A DNA stretch of 64,000 nucleotides from Octopus sinensis (taxonomy: Eukaryota): the NCBI RefSeq assembly GCF_006345805.1, contig NC_042998.1, positions 192,634,001-192,698,000 on the forward strand, written 5' to 3'. Numbering within the stretch: the first letter of the stretch is position 1; every line of letters starts with the position of its first letter. Positions 13,228-25,960 of the stretch are shown here, piece after piece. Below the pieces are notes generated by a model, which ran no database searches, was not told the origin of the DNA, and saw nothing but the letters and a program-made list of their open reading frames with translations. The translations under genes were made by a program, and so were the position numbers.

Positions 13228-13420
13228 TATACTGTCAAGCATCGACGCCTCCTGATGGCTTTGACACATTTTGACACATTTTTGACACATTTTGACACAT
13301 TTTTCCTGTGTCCTTACAGGAAAAATGTGTCAAAGCCATCAGGAGGTGTCGATGCTTCCTAGGGTTAAACAGCGGTGGTGTACCCCCCTACTGTCACGTT
13401 CGTGTTAGATTGACAGTATA
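13228..13420. mobile_element. Small TIR element with long internal hairpin
   Basis: Ends tatactgtcaa / ttgacagtata; internal inverted repeat at 13238-13356. Confidence 0.6.
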
Positions 13421-14298
13421 CAACCATTCTATTGCCCCACCACCGTACATGTCTCTACGAGAGATTTAGAAATTTAGTATTTCTGGGTTTTTTTCTTTAT
13501 TTTTATGAAATTTCTAATAACCATTAGCATCTCCCAAAGTCCAGACATGGTTCATCCCTTTTAAATTTTGGAATAATTGCTAACAATAAATTATAGTTTT
13601 TGATTCAGAACTGTATATAACCCTTAACTGCAGGTAAATCTGGAATCATTTTGAGGAATTTGTCATTTTAAATATAAGAAATATTTTCAAGATTTCTGAT
13701 TTTTTCTAGCAATATGTTAAAGAGTTTTGGACCTCTAATTTAGAGCAAATTTTCTCTCAGGATCTATGCTGTTTTTGAGCAACTGGTTTTCAGTAGAAGG
13801 TGTCTGTAAAAGTTTCCTTTTCGCCTGTTGTTTATGTGAGTCTTTGTCATATTTCTTGTCAGGTTTCGTGAGATTCTCCAGACATGTTGAATGGCATATC
13901 TCTCGTCTTCATTCTATGGAGATCTCTGGTTCTTTCAATCACTCCCAGTCTAGCTGTCATTCGTATTGTTTTACTATCATTAGCAGTTTGAAATATTTAT
14001 TTTATGTTCTCTGTATTTGGTTTATCAAACATTAGTTATCAAATACCTATGCTTTTATGAAGATATATGCATAGAAATAGAAGTATTTATTTTCCTCATA
14101 ATTAAAGAAAAAACAATAAATCACAAATTCTTATTTTTGAAATAAAGAAACAACATCAAACATTAGAAATTTTCATTTTAAATTTTAGTTATTTAATTAT
14201 CTGGAGAATGGCTAAAAATCTGAACTCCAAATTGGTAACTCAGGAATTCAGATGTTGTCTTTCAATATAATTGGAGAATAGGTTGTAGCTCTCTTTAA

Positions 14299-14519
14299 CC
14301 CTTTAGTGTTCACATTATTCTGCCAAAATTAATGCTTTTTCATCCACTTTGTTTTGAACTAATGATGCATTATCTTGTAGTTATGAGATTTTGATGAGGT
14401 AGCTGTTAATTTTTAAAACAATATTGTAGGGTTTGTGTGAGAGACCAGATCTGGCCAATTTGAACATAAAACAAGCAGAATACTTTTGGCCGGATATGGC
14501 CGGTTTAAATGCTAAAGGG
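14299..14519. mobile_element. piggyBac-type MITE
   Basis: TTAA|CCCTTTAG...CTAAAGGG|TTAA. Confidence 0.8.
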
Positions 14520-14524
14520 TTAAA

Positions 14525-14790
14525 GAGGAAGGACAAACACAGACACACAAACATATACACACGCGTACATATATATATATATATATAAATAAATATAAAT
14601 AAATAAATAAATATATATATATATACATATATACGACGGGCTTCTTTCAGTTTCCGCCTACCTAATCCACTCACAAGGCTTTGATTGGCCCGAGGCTATA
14701 GCAGAAGACACTTGCCCAAGGTGCTATGCAGTGGAACTGAACCCGGAACCATGTGGCTGGTAAGCAAGCTACTTACCACACAGGCCACTC
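14525..14790 (-). mobile_element. SINE family A, 5' half
   Basis: Reverse-complement match to family A head and core. Confidence 0.8.
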
Positions 14791-15894
14791 CTATGCCTTT
14801 TATGTAAAAATCTAAATTTATAGAATAAATTTTATGCAACTTTTTTTTTCACTGATATTCTGTTGCCTGCATAACAACCGAAATATTTAACTTTAATACA
14901 ATCCATTCAGCAAAAGTGTCAGAATACCCATATTAAGAGCATTTACAAACATCTTCAACAGAGAGTACTTTTAAAATAGTTAGACTGGAAGGGTTTTATA
15001 TCTAAATTTTTATAAATCTTATCATCCATAATAAAATTGTCCATTTTTATTAGATTACATAATTTTCTTACTTCCTTGTCAGCAAGATTTATAATTTTCT
15101 CTGTTTCAAATAAGCTTCATTATTTTGTAATCTTGCTCGTAGGTTATAAGTTCATTTCTTTTTTGAAATATTTCAGTAAAACTCATTTTGTTTCAAAAAT
15201 ATATCAAGCTTGAAGTTTTAAAAAAAAAATTGAAATTATTTTTTAAAAAATCTATTTTCCTGCATATTGAATTCAGCATATTTTGTAATAGCATTTTAAA
15301 TTTAATTGATAAAAACATAACCGTAAAGAAAACCATTCTATATTTGCTAGCTTATAATATATTCTAGAATGTTAGTACTTTTTTTTTTTTTTCATGATTG
15401 ATTTGTAACATCAGAAAAATTTTATGTAAATTTTTGTAAAAGAAAATTACTGTTACTTCAAAGTAAATTCATTTAAATTAGACATTTAAACCTCTTTGTA
15501 CGACAGATGTTAATAACAGAATTGCTTTATTTGCGACCGTTAGTTTAACTCAGTGAAATAGCCCGACAGATATTAGCTAGTCATAGACAACTTTGCTTAA
15601 GATCTCTTGCAAAGACGAGATGTGTGGCAGTAACACATGTGGCTATCACCTCATATATGTCATTGTAAAGCAGAAAAAAAACAAACAACAGCAAAAAAAA
15701 ATCAAGGGTGAAAAATTGAACAGTGCAATGTAGTAAACCTTGAATAGTGTTTTGTTGAAGAAATGCACTGTATAAACCCTAATCGCTGGATATCTCATGA
15801 CAACTGAAAGTGTGAAGTAAGATTTAGGGCTTCGAGAATTAAATGTCTTTTTGCAGAAAATGTAGAATATATCAAAATAGTGTAAACTTGTTTC

Positions 15895-15955
15895 TGGAAC
15901 ACACACACGCATATACACGCACACACGAACATATGCGCACACACATACATGCATT

Positions 15956-15989
<34 letters not shown>

Positions 15990-17878
15990 CATGCAAACAC
16001 ACACACACACAAACATGCATGCATGCATGCAAATACACATGCACACACACATGCATGCAAACACACACACATACATTCATGCATGCAAACACACACACAC
16101 ACATGCATGCAAACACATGCACACACACATGCATGCAAACACACACACACACACATGCATGCAACACACACACACACACATGCATGCAAACACACACACA
16201 CACACACATGCATGCAAACACACACACACACACACACACATGCATGCAAACACACACACACACGCATGCATGCAAACACACACACACATGCATGCAAACA
16301 CACACACACACACACATGCATGCAAACACACACACACACACATTCATGCATGCAAAACACACCACACACATACATTCATGCATGCAAACACACACGCACA
16401 CACATTCATGCATGCAAACACACACACACACACATTCATGCATGCAAACACCACACACCACACACATTCATGCATGCAAACACACACACCACACACATTC
16501 ATGCATGCAAACACACACACACATACATTCATGCATGCAAACACACACGCACACACACACACACATGCATGCAAACACACACACACACACACACACATGC
16601 ATGCAAACACACACGCACACACACACATGCATGCAAACACACACACACACACACACATGCATGCAAACACACACACACACACATGCATGCAAACACACAC
16701 GCACACACATGCATGCAAACACACACACACATACATTCATGCATGCAAACACACACGCACACACATTCATGCATGCAAACACACACACACACACATTCAT
16801 GCATGCAAACACACACACACACACATTCATGCATGCAAACACACACACACATACATTCATGCATGCAAACACACACGCACACACACACACACAATGCATG
16901 CAAACACACACACACACAACACACATGCATGCAAACACCACGCACACACACACATGCATGCAACACAACACACACACACACACACATGCATGCAAACACC
17001 ACACACATGCATGCAAACACACACACGCACACACACACATGCATGCAAACACACACACACACACACATGCATGCAAACACACACACAACACATGCATGCA
17101 AACACCACACGCACACACATGCATGCAAACACACACGCACACCATGCATGCAAACACACACGCACACACATGCATGCAAACACACACGCACCACACACAC
17201 ATGCATGCAAACACACACACACACACACACATGCATGCAAACACACACACACACACACACATGCATGCAAACACACACACACACACACACACACATGCAT
17301 GCAACACACACGCACACACACACACACATGCATGCAAACACACACACACACACACACATGCATGCAAACACACACACACACACATGCATGCAAACACACA
17401 CGCACACACATGCATGCAAACACACACGCACACACACACACACATGCATGCAAACACACACGCACACACATGCATGCAAACACACACGCACACACATGCA
17501 TGCAAACACACACACACACACATGCATGCAAACACACACACCACACACACACATGCATGCATGCAAACACACACACACACACATTCATGCATGCAAACAC
17601 ACACACACACATGCATGCATGCAAACACACACACACACATGCATGCAAACACACACGCACACACATGCATGCAAACACACACATGCATGCAAACACACAC
17701 ACACACACATGCATGCAAACACACACACACACACATGCATGCAAACACACACACACACACATTCATGCATGCAAACACACACACACACACATTCATGCAT
17801 GCAAACACACACACACACACATTCATGCATGCAAACACACACACACACACATTCATGCATGCAAACACACACACATAG
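15895..17878. repeat. About 2-kb compound satellite: (CA)n interrupted by ATGCATGCAAA roughly every 20-35 bp
   Basis: Direct reading; accounts for the 300-680 aa H/T/C/V-rich ORFs. Confidence 0.95.
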
Positions 17879-18019
17879 ATGGTGATCATTATCATTTTAC
17901 ATCTTTTTTCCTTGCTGGTGAGCATTGAATGCTCTGTCATAATCTGTACCATTTCTTACAGAGAGCAACTGCTCTCATAGACTGGCACTCTTACATGTCA
18001 TCTGGCTTGGTTTCTGTGA

Positions 18020-18115
18020 CTGGCTGCCCTTCCTTGTGTGCACTTGGCTGCCCTTCCTTGTGTGCACTTGGCTGCCCTTCCTTGTGTGCACTTGGCTGCC
18101 CTTCCTTGTGTGCAC
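18020..18115. repeat. 24-bp minisatellite x4 (tggctgcccttccttgtgtgcact)
   Basis: Direct reading. Confidence 0.9.
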
Positions 18116-18540
18116 TTACTTTACAAAGTGTTCTGGATAAATTTTTCTTGGTGACAGCGCTAGAATGGCTGTCTTTCTCCCCAGTCACTGTTGAAAGTAC
18201 ACAGATCGGTAAGCTTTTCCTTATGGCCCCAGCACACAAGGAGTGGGACCTTGTATGCAAGTGGAGTTGGCAGTGTTTTCTGCTTTGATATCAGCATAGA
18301 AGTGGTGCATTATACATGTGAAATATAGAGAGTACTCAGTAACCTAAGACAAAATTGATCACTTAGGTGACCAAGGAGAGGAATAGGAGAAAGAGGGATA
18401 ACTACAGAAAGGCCAGAAATTGGTGGGTGCAAAAGTGTAGGTGTATAGAGGACATGTACTTTTGTTCATGTGACCAGTGGGGAGATAAAAGTCTGATGAC
18501 ACCAGAAAGACCAGAAAAGGTGGGTGAAAAGAGCAAAAAC

Positions 18541-19560
18541 ATGATACACTGTTTTAATTCTTCTATTATTGTCCCAAATCTTTTCTCTTTGACTAAGTAT
18601 CTTTCCTCAAAGTAAGATTTGCATCTTGTGTTTCCTAACTTGTTTGTTTTCCAGGCTTCTATTCTACTCAGATCTTGTCTTAAAGTCTTCACTTTATTTT
18701 GTAGTCTCTTTTTCCACATTTGCTCTTTTTTAATCTTTCCCTGTGAGATATCTAATCTTCTGGTGACTACTTCTCCTCCTGCATAGATCAGTAAATTAGA
18801 GTCTTCTATATTTCTAGTATCTCTCTTACTGATAACAGAATCTACTTTCCTAGGCATTTCTTGTAGCTTCCTTTTGTTGATGTCTTTTAATGCTGGCAAT
18901 CTTTTTCTTCCTTCTTTACTCATTACTTCCTGCAATTCATCTAAAATCTTCTGATCTTCCTCACTTAACCCTTTAGTATTTAAACCAGCCATATTCGGCC
19001 AAAATAGCTAATCTATTTTATGTTCAAACTGACCAGATCCAGGCTCTCACACCTACCCTACAATGTTATTCTACATTAAGTAATTACACCATCAAGATCT
19101 TGAAGATATGAGATTATGCATGATTAATTCAAATCAATGGGAATCAATAAGCATTATGTTTGATAGGATAATCTGATCTTCCTCACTTAAATCACTTAAG
19201 TCGTTGGTGCCAGTTGTCCCTTCCTTATTGGTAGCACTATTATTATTTTTTCCTTTAGGTTCTTCTTTGATTTCAGATGTATCTTATGTTGTTTTTTGTC
19301 TTTCCTACTGCCTGATCTTTCTTTTCCAGTTCTTTTCTGATCTTTTCTACCTCCAATTATGTCATCCATTTTCTTCTCTTAATAGCATTACCTTGATCAA
19401 CTAATCCCTGCTCAGTTGCTTTAAATATACCCTTCTCTACCCAAAGTGTTAACATCCATTTTCTTTTAGGTTCATTTTCTAAGTAGCACTATAGCATCAC
19501 TATCCTGTTTTCTTCACTGGTCCACTTCCATCCTCTTTACTCTGTTATCTTCTGATGCTG
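18541..19560 (-). mobile_element. R4/Dong-like (RLE-type) non-LTR retrotransposon ORF N-terminal region, decayed
   Basis: WVEKGIFKATEQGLVDQGNAIKRRKW and WKKRLQNKVKTLRQDLSRI...TIIEELKQ resemble the pre-RT region of R4/Dong ORFs (from memory). Confidence 0.65.
18969..19171. mobile_element. piggyBac-type MITE lacking its right TIR
   Basis: ttaa|ccctttag start; interior matches the 14299 and 56685 copies. Confidence 0.7.
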
Positions 19561-20094
19561 TATTAGGATGATAGCTGTGGTCAGTCTGCATCATTACTGA
19601 ACCACTGCCAAGCAAGAGGCCTTCCCTTAAAGGTCCAGCTTCATTTTTGCTCTTACAATTAGAGTTTCCTCAGAAACTCCTATCTCTCATAAATTGAGAT
19701 AAGGTAACATTCATCACCATCGTCCTCACCACAATTATTTCTCGACATCTGAAAGTTTCAAGCACCTTCCTGTTGCATTATTTGTTGCACCTTTATGCTG
19801 GTGGGGTGGGGTGGGGTGTGCTGCATTTTTTATTTTGTAGGGGTGATATTATATTGTATCAGTATATTTTGTTATGGGGTATTGTTTGAATCTTGTATTA
19901 GTTTTTATATTGTGTGTTGTTTGTGTAGTGCAGGTTGTGTTCTTCTGTTGGGTATCAACCTTCTTTGGCACATGTGGGTTTTGTTCATTTTGTTCGATAT
20001 TTGCAGAATGAGTTTTTTCTTGTATGTTTTTGGAGAGGTACTGTATAGTAGTGTGCGTGTAATCGACTAGTCCCCTACCCCAAAATGTCAGACC

Positions 20095-20455
20095 TTGTGC
20101 CTTTAGTAGAAAGGATTATTCCGTGTCAGTGGCACATAAGCAGCACCATTCAAGCATTGGGCCTCATAGAGTCAGTGACAGGTGACCGAGACCTTTGGTG
20201 ATATATGGTGCTGTGTAGACCGGTCAAGCCAAGTGAGATCATAGTCATGGTCAATGTTGGTGTCAGTTCCATAGCACAAATGCTGGTGGAATGTAAAAAT
20301 CACCTACTATACTCTTGGAGTGGTTGGTATTAGGAAGGGCATCCAGCCATAGAAACCTTGCCAAATCAGATTGGAATCTGGTGCAGCTCCTTGGCTTACC
20401 AGTTTTCCGTTAAACTGTCCAACCCATGCCAGCATGGAAAATGGACGTTAAATGA
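20095..20455 (+). mobile_element. Family C variant carrying a decayed RTE ORF2 C-terminus
   Basis: gtgacaggtgaccgagacctttggtga (..GDRDLW*) precedes the family C core. Confidence 0.65.
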
Positions 20456-21949
20456 TTATTATAATAGTTCAAATTCCGCCGAGGTCAACTTTGCCTTTCA
20501 TCCTTTTGGGGGTCGATTAAATAAGTACCAGTTACGCATTGGGTCGATGTAATCGACTTAATCTGTCTGTCTGTCCTTGTTTGTCCCCTCTGTGTTTAGC
20601 CCCTTGTGGGTAGTAAAGAAATTATTATCATCATTATTATTATTATTATTATTATATTATTATTATTATTTGTGTGATGGATTTGTAGAATCAATAGCAT
20701 ATCAGATACAATGCCTTGTACTATTTGTTCTAGCTCTTTATTTTCTGATTTCAAATCTCATTGAGGCCAACTTTACCCTGCATTCCTCCAGGGTCAGTAG
20801 AGGAGTTAATGGCTTTTTGTTTTTTTTATCCTTTTTTTACCAACACAGTATTTGTTTGCCATTGAACGTTACTTATTGTGACTGTATGTTACTGATCAAT
20901 TATTGAGATAGAATTGTTTCATTATCATTGGTGAAACACGCAGAATGATATGAATTGATTTTATAGCCTTTATTTTTTATGTCTAGATTTAAGTGCCTGA
21001 AATTCTTGATATTAATGTTAAGAACCATTTTTGGAAGTAGGATATTTGTAAAAGTTTTTCAATTGGCTACTAAGATAAATTAAATAACATAATTTTGTGT
21101 TTATATATTTGCATGTTCTTGAGAATTTCTTGGTATTCAGAAGGTGCCACAACATTTGATATACATTATTTTACTGGTTGCCTTAGAGAGATAGTATCTT
21201 ATTAGATTTGGTATAAAAATTATAAGCACAAATCTTACCATTTACTTCCTTTCCTTCTGAACGATGATTTCAATAATTTGTAGAGATTCTTGTCTTTGAA
21301 TCCAATTAGCATCTTTCTCTTCTTTTTGTTAACAGTTAGAAAATCATATTTATTAGTAAAGAAGTCAGTTGTGTTCTGATAAACCCAAGGATAAATTGAA
21401 TTAGAACATTGACTTTTTTTTTTGGAAAACTGTTCAGCTACAGAAAGAAATCTTTGAATGGTATATGAATATATGTATATAATAAAAGCTATCAGTAGGT
21501 GAAAAAGAAGCTAAATAATTTGTGTATATGGCGAGAGAGGAAGTGCACGGTGAAAGTCATAGATGTAAGGCAGTGTGTCAGTGTAAACCAGGATATCGTT
21601 AGTGAAATGTGTGTATGGATAGTAGTAGCATAGTTGTTACTGATGCCAAAAAGAGGCATGGATATGGTACTACAAGAGTCTGCCTGCTGAATGAGGAAAC
21701 TGTATTAAGGAGGGAGAGAAAGAGAAAGTACAATTCTTAAGCACACCCAAAATAGAGACCAACTATTAAAGCTGACTGTTACGTGGTTGAAAGGACCCAT
21801 GTAAGATATGAAAATAGGGAAAGCAACTGGACCATTTCTGAAATGCTGAAACTTAATCTGCTAAATTAGGACACGTTGTAGTCTCTTGCATAGACAATCA
21901 GGTAGTGCAGGTAGGCAGCATAACATAACAACAGCCTTTATCAACTATT

Positions 21950-22415
21950 CATCATCATCATCATCGTTTAGCGACCACTTTCCATGCTGGCATGGGTTGG
22001 ACGGTTCAACTGGGGTCTGGAAAGCCAGAAGGCTGCACCAGGCCCAGTCTGATCTGGCAATGTTTCTACGGCTGGAAGCCCTTCCTAATGCCAACCACTC
22101 CGTGAGCGTAGTGGGTGCTTTTTACGTGCCACCAGACGAGGCTGGCAAACAGCCACGATCGGATGGTGCTTTTTACGTGCCACCGGCACAGAGGCCAGGC
22201 GAGGCTGGCAACGGCCACGATTGGAAGGTGCTTTTTACGTGCCACCGGCACAGAGGCCAGTCGGGGCGGCGCTGGCAACGGCCACGTTCAGATGGTTCTC
22301 TTATGTGCCACCAGCACTGGTATCACAACTACAATTTCCATTGATGTTGATCAATTTTTGATTTTGATTTTCACTTGCCTCAACAGGTCTTCACAAGTAG
22401 AGTTTTGTGTCCCAA
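21950..22415 (-). mobile_element. Family C element, long copy
   Basis: Core + VNTR + 5' segment. Confidence 0.85.
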
Positions 22416-22529
22416 GAAGGAAGGAAAGGAGATACTCAGTAGAGAAGAAACTACAGAGGTATTATATTGATAGATCAAACTAGGAAATTGGCAGAACGAG
22501 TTATAGTGTAACTAATTAAGAAGCAAATT

Positions 22530-22775
22530 TGAAAAAGCACCGACCGATCTTGGTCGCTGCCAGCTTCCCCTGGCACCTGTGCCAGTGACACGTAAAAAGC
22601 ACCCACTACACTCACAGAGTGGTTGGCATTAGGAAGAGCATCCAGCTGTAGAAACAATGCCAGATCAGACTGGAGCCTGGTGCAGCCTCCTGGCTTCCCA
22701 GGCCCCGGTCGAACCATCCAACTCATGCTAGCACGGAAAACGGACGTTAAACGATGATGATGACGATGATGATGA
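22530..22775 (+). mobile_element. Family C element
   Basis: Core and (TGA)n tail. Confidence 0.85.
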
Positions 22776-23514
22776 GATGCAATTTTGGTTTGTGCCAGGG
22801 AGCCACTGATGTCCCTTTTGTTAGCGAGACTACTGCAGGAGAGGTTCTTGGTTAAAAGTGAGTCACTATACCTGACCGTTTAACAATAAAAGTAAACTTT
22901 ATGATTCATTGACAGCAATACATGCACATGTATGCACACACACACACACACACACACACACAAGACCAAGCTAGGTATCACTTGAGACTATAGACATCTC
23001 CTCAGTTCTCTCACCCTTGATTCAGTGGAGCATCCAGGGTGTGACAACAGGATGTAGAGGTGGCTGCACCAAAAATCTATTGATACTTATTGCAGCTAAA
23101 TAGGCCAGAAAAATGAGAAATAAAGTGCTTGGTCAAGGATATAACATGTCACATAGTGCAGGAATTGAACCCATGACCTTATGATCATGAGTTGAACACC
23201 TTAACCATTACCTAAGCACCTTCATTGTTTTGAAATGTCTTACAAACTTAGCAAGGGTCTATAAAGCACTGTATACATTTTTAATTTCATATTTCAAATG
23301 TATGTTGGTATCATAAATTGACTTATTTATTATATTGCTCTTAATTTTCCACAAATATATATTTTATTTTAAACATTTATTGACTTTTATCAGTTTGCAC
23401 ACCACCTTTGCTAGAACAATGCAGCATTTTATAAGGTTGTATAATGATATTTTATATTCTCTTCAGCAAATATTTGTGTTGAAATTAACATTTCTATATT
23501 TTTAATGTCATCAG

Positions 23515-23577
23515 ACTTTATTGAGCTTACCTTACATCAGTGATGCTTCAGTGGGAAGAAAATTGAAACTGATTGTT
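23515..23577 (+). CDS. Candidate isolated 63-nt coding exon (TLLSLPYISDASVGRKLKLIV); product unknown
   Basis: ttttaatgtcatcAG acceptor, GTGAGT donor, length a multiple of 3, only one open frame. Confidence 0.3.
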
Positions 23578-23734
23578 GTGAGTATTGTAGACTCCTCCTT
23601 TGCAGACAGTTATATATCTTTTTAAGGTTTGATTAACATATGTATCATACCAATGACTCACTACCCACACATATTTACCTTTTTAGACCAAACAGGTGAT
23701 CATAATATAATATAATGAAATTATTGTATACAGT

Positions 23735-24400
23735 GCTCAGGTGCACCACAACTTGTCAAAAAGTGCGTATAAAGTATATGCAGTAATGTACAAATGTCTG
23801 GAAAACGAACGGTGTATGAGTCAGATACATGCTTGCGTGTGTATGGAGGGGAGAAAATCAGGTGTAGTGTTGGTGAATCTCAGGAAGCATGGAAGTTTTG
23901 AAGGATGCAGTGCTCCGACAACTAACAACAGATGCCAGCAGTTTGTTCCATGCTTCAGCAACTCTTAGCGTGAAAAAATGTTTCCGAAAGTCATGGGAGC
24001 TGTGCTGTTTTCTGACTTTGTAAACATGTCCACGGGTGTTAGACAGGTGGAGTTTGAAAAGGTGCTCAGAGTTATTGTTGGTTAAGATGGTTAATAATTT
24101 TATGGGTGTCTGCCAAGTCAGCTGCCAGACGTCGGAGTTTTAATGTATCCATGCCCAGGGAAGTAAGGCGTTCAGAATATGGCAAATGCCTGATGGAGGG
24201 TACTGACTGTGTTGTGGGAAGAACATCTGATGAAGGCTTATGAGTGAAGACTTGCTTAATACCAGGAGCTGGAAGAGTACTGTAGAAGCTAATGCTGGCA
24301 GATGTATTGTAAACCAGTAGAAGTAAGCTGCTAAGGTTTTGTTGGGCGTTCAGTCTGCAAAGCTCTGAAGGGCTTTGGAGTTACTGTTGCATTAAAGAGG
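23735..24400 (-). mobile_element. CR1-clade LINE ORF2 3' fragment
   Basis: NTRGHVYKVRKQ..HDFRKHFFTLRVAEAWNKL..SVV..RSTASFK; upstream LGMDTLKLRRL. Confidence 0.8.
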
Positions 24401-24544
24401 AGGATTATACATTCCTTCACTGAAGTTACAGAGAAGGTTACTAGATGGCTTTTGATGGAAAAGGTAAACCAGTGGTTTGCTGTTTCTTAGATACAAGCTG
24501 ATTGAACTGTTCAAAGGGGTCTGATGTTAAAAGATCTGAAATCC

Positions 24545-25150
24545 CCAGAGAACCTTAAAATATCACTGATGATATATTCCAGAGCATCCATGAAATATAT
24601 CTTGGAACTGAACTAATAAGATTGTATTAGCATAATGGTATCACAGAAATCATAATTCAAGTAAGAAAAGAAACTGATCAAGACTTCTTTAATTTTGAAG
24701 AAACCACTTTTCTTTGCATTTAGATTCCTAAGAATACAAAAGGCGATAAACAACTCATGGGTATTTCAGATTCTCATGCGTATTTCAGATTCTCATGCGT
24801 ATTTCAAATCATGTACAAGCATGCTTTAAGTAAGGTAAGGATTTGAAGCAAATATAACAATGAATTCAGTGTTCACTAGTGATCTGTTGTGCTCTATTCT
24901 TAGGCTACTTCTATTTATTATACTCTTCAATGCAATAACATAGGGCTTTCGGACTGGATACCCATAGGAACATATCTAGTGAGGAACTTGTCCTTCTATC
25001 AAAATCTGTTGAAGAGCTGCAGAAAAAAATTCCAAATTTTAAGAATGATTTGGTGACAAAAGCTCTCAAGTTTATCATAACAACAGCTGGCACTCTGTCA
25101 GTTACGATGACAAGGGTCCCAGTTGATCCAATCAATGGAACAGCCTGCTC
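24545..25150 (+). pseudogene. Possible decayed coding remnant, perhaps a DNA transposase
   Basis: Protein-like fragments in different frames (SIHEIYLGTELIRL; SSEELVLLSKSVEELQKKIPNFKNDLVTKALK) with stops; no clear motif. Confidence 0.2.
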
Positions 25151-25492
25151 ATAAAATTAATGCTCAAGTGGCCTGAGTACTCTATAGATATGCTTACCCA
25201 TTATGTAGTTGTCAGGGAGATATAGCATGACACATATATATAATTTGTGTTTGTATATGGAATTAGGAAGGGCATCCAACCATAGAAACCACACCTCAAT
25301 AGACAGCTAGGGTCTGGACAGCAACTGGCTAGCTAGTGCCACATCAAACCGTCCAACCCATGCCAGCATGGAAAGCAGATTTTACATGATGATGATGATG
25401 ATTGGTATATATACATCACAGTAACTATTAGTGATAACTGAACTTTTCTTTTTGGTTTTATATTGTGTCTAGCCACCTTTATTAGTTTATAC

Positions 25493-25960
25493 ATCATCAT
25501 CATCGTTTAACGTCTGTTTTCCATGCTAGCATGGGTTGGATGGTTCAACCGGGATCTGAGAAGCCAGGAGGCTGCACCAGGCTCCAGTCTGATCTGGTAG
25601 TGTTTCTACAGCTGGATGCCCTTCCTAACGCCAACCACTCTGTGAGTGTAGTGGGTGCTTTTTACGTGCCACTGGCACGGGGGCCAGAGGAGGCTGGCAA
25701 ACAGCCACGATTGGTTGGTGCTTTTACATGTCACCGACACAGACGCCAGTGAAGCGGCGCTGGCATCTGCCATGTTCGGACGGTGCTTTTAATGTGTCAC
25801 CGGCACGAGTATCTTAACTACAATTTCCATTTGATTTTCAGGTTGGTGTTAACGTACTTGTCTCAATAGGTCTCCTCAAGAACAGCGGGTCACTCTACGA
25901 TCCATGATTAGCACAGCAGGCCGTCCTGCGAGCCATGAACTCACTTCATATTCCTTTGCC
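25493..25960 (-). mobile_element. Family C element, long copy
   Basis: Core, VNTR, 5' extension. Confidence 0.8.

Larger units (their letters stand above)
21730..22880 (+). mobile_element. Heavily decayed RTE reverse-transcriptase fragments, interrupted by family C copies
   Basis: MKIGKATGP..EMLK near 21810; EMQFWFVPG and LARLLQERFLVK..LYL near 22775-22875. Confidence 0.5.

Noticed and set aside
15843-17952. 300-680 aa His/Thr- and Cys/Val-rich ORFs
   Set aside because: Open in nearly all frames because the CA/ATGC satellite lacks stop codons; no domain, start context or splice support
21239-21345. Alternative frame EKDANWIQRQESLQIIEII resembling a HEAT/TOG repeat
   Set aside because: Stop codon before the donor site and poor acceptor
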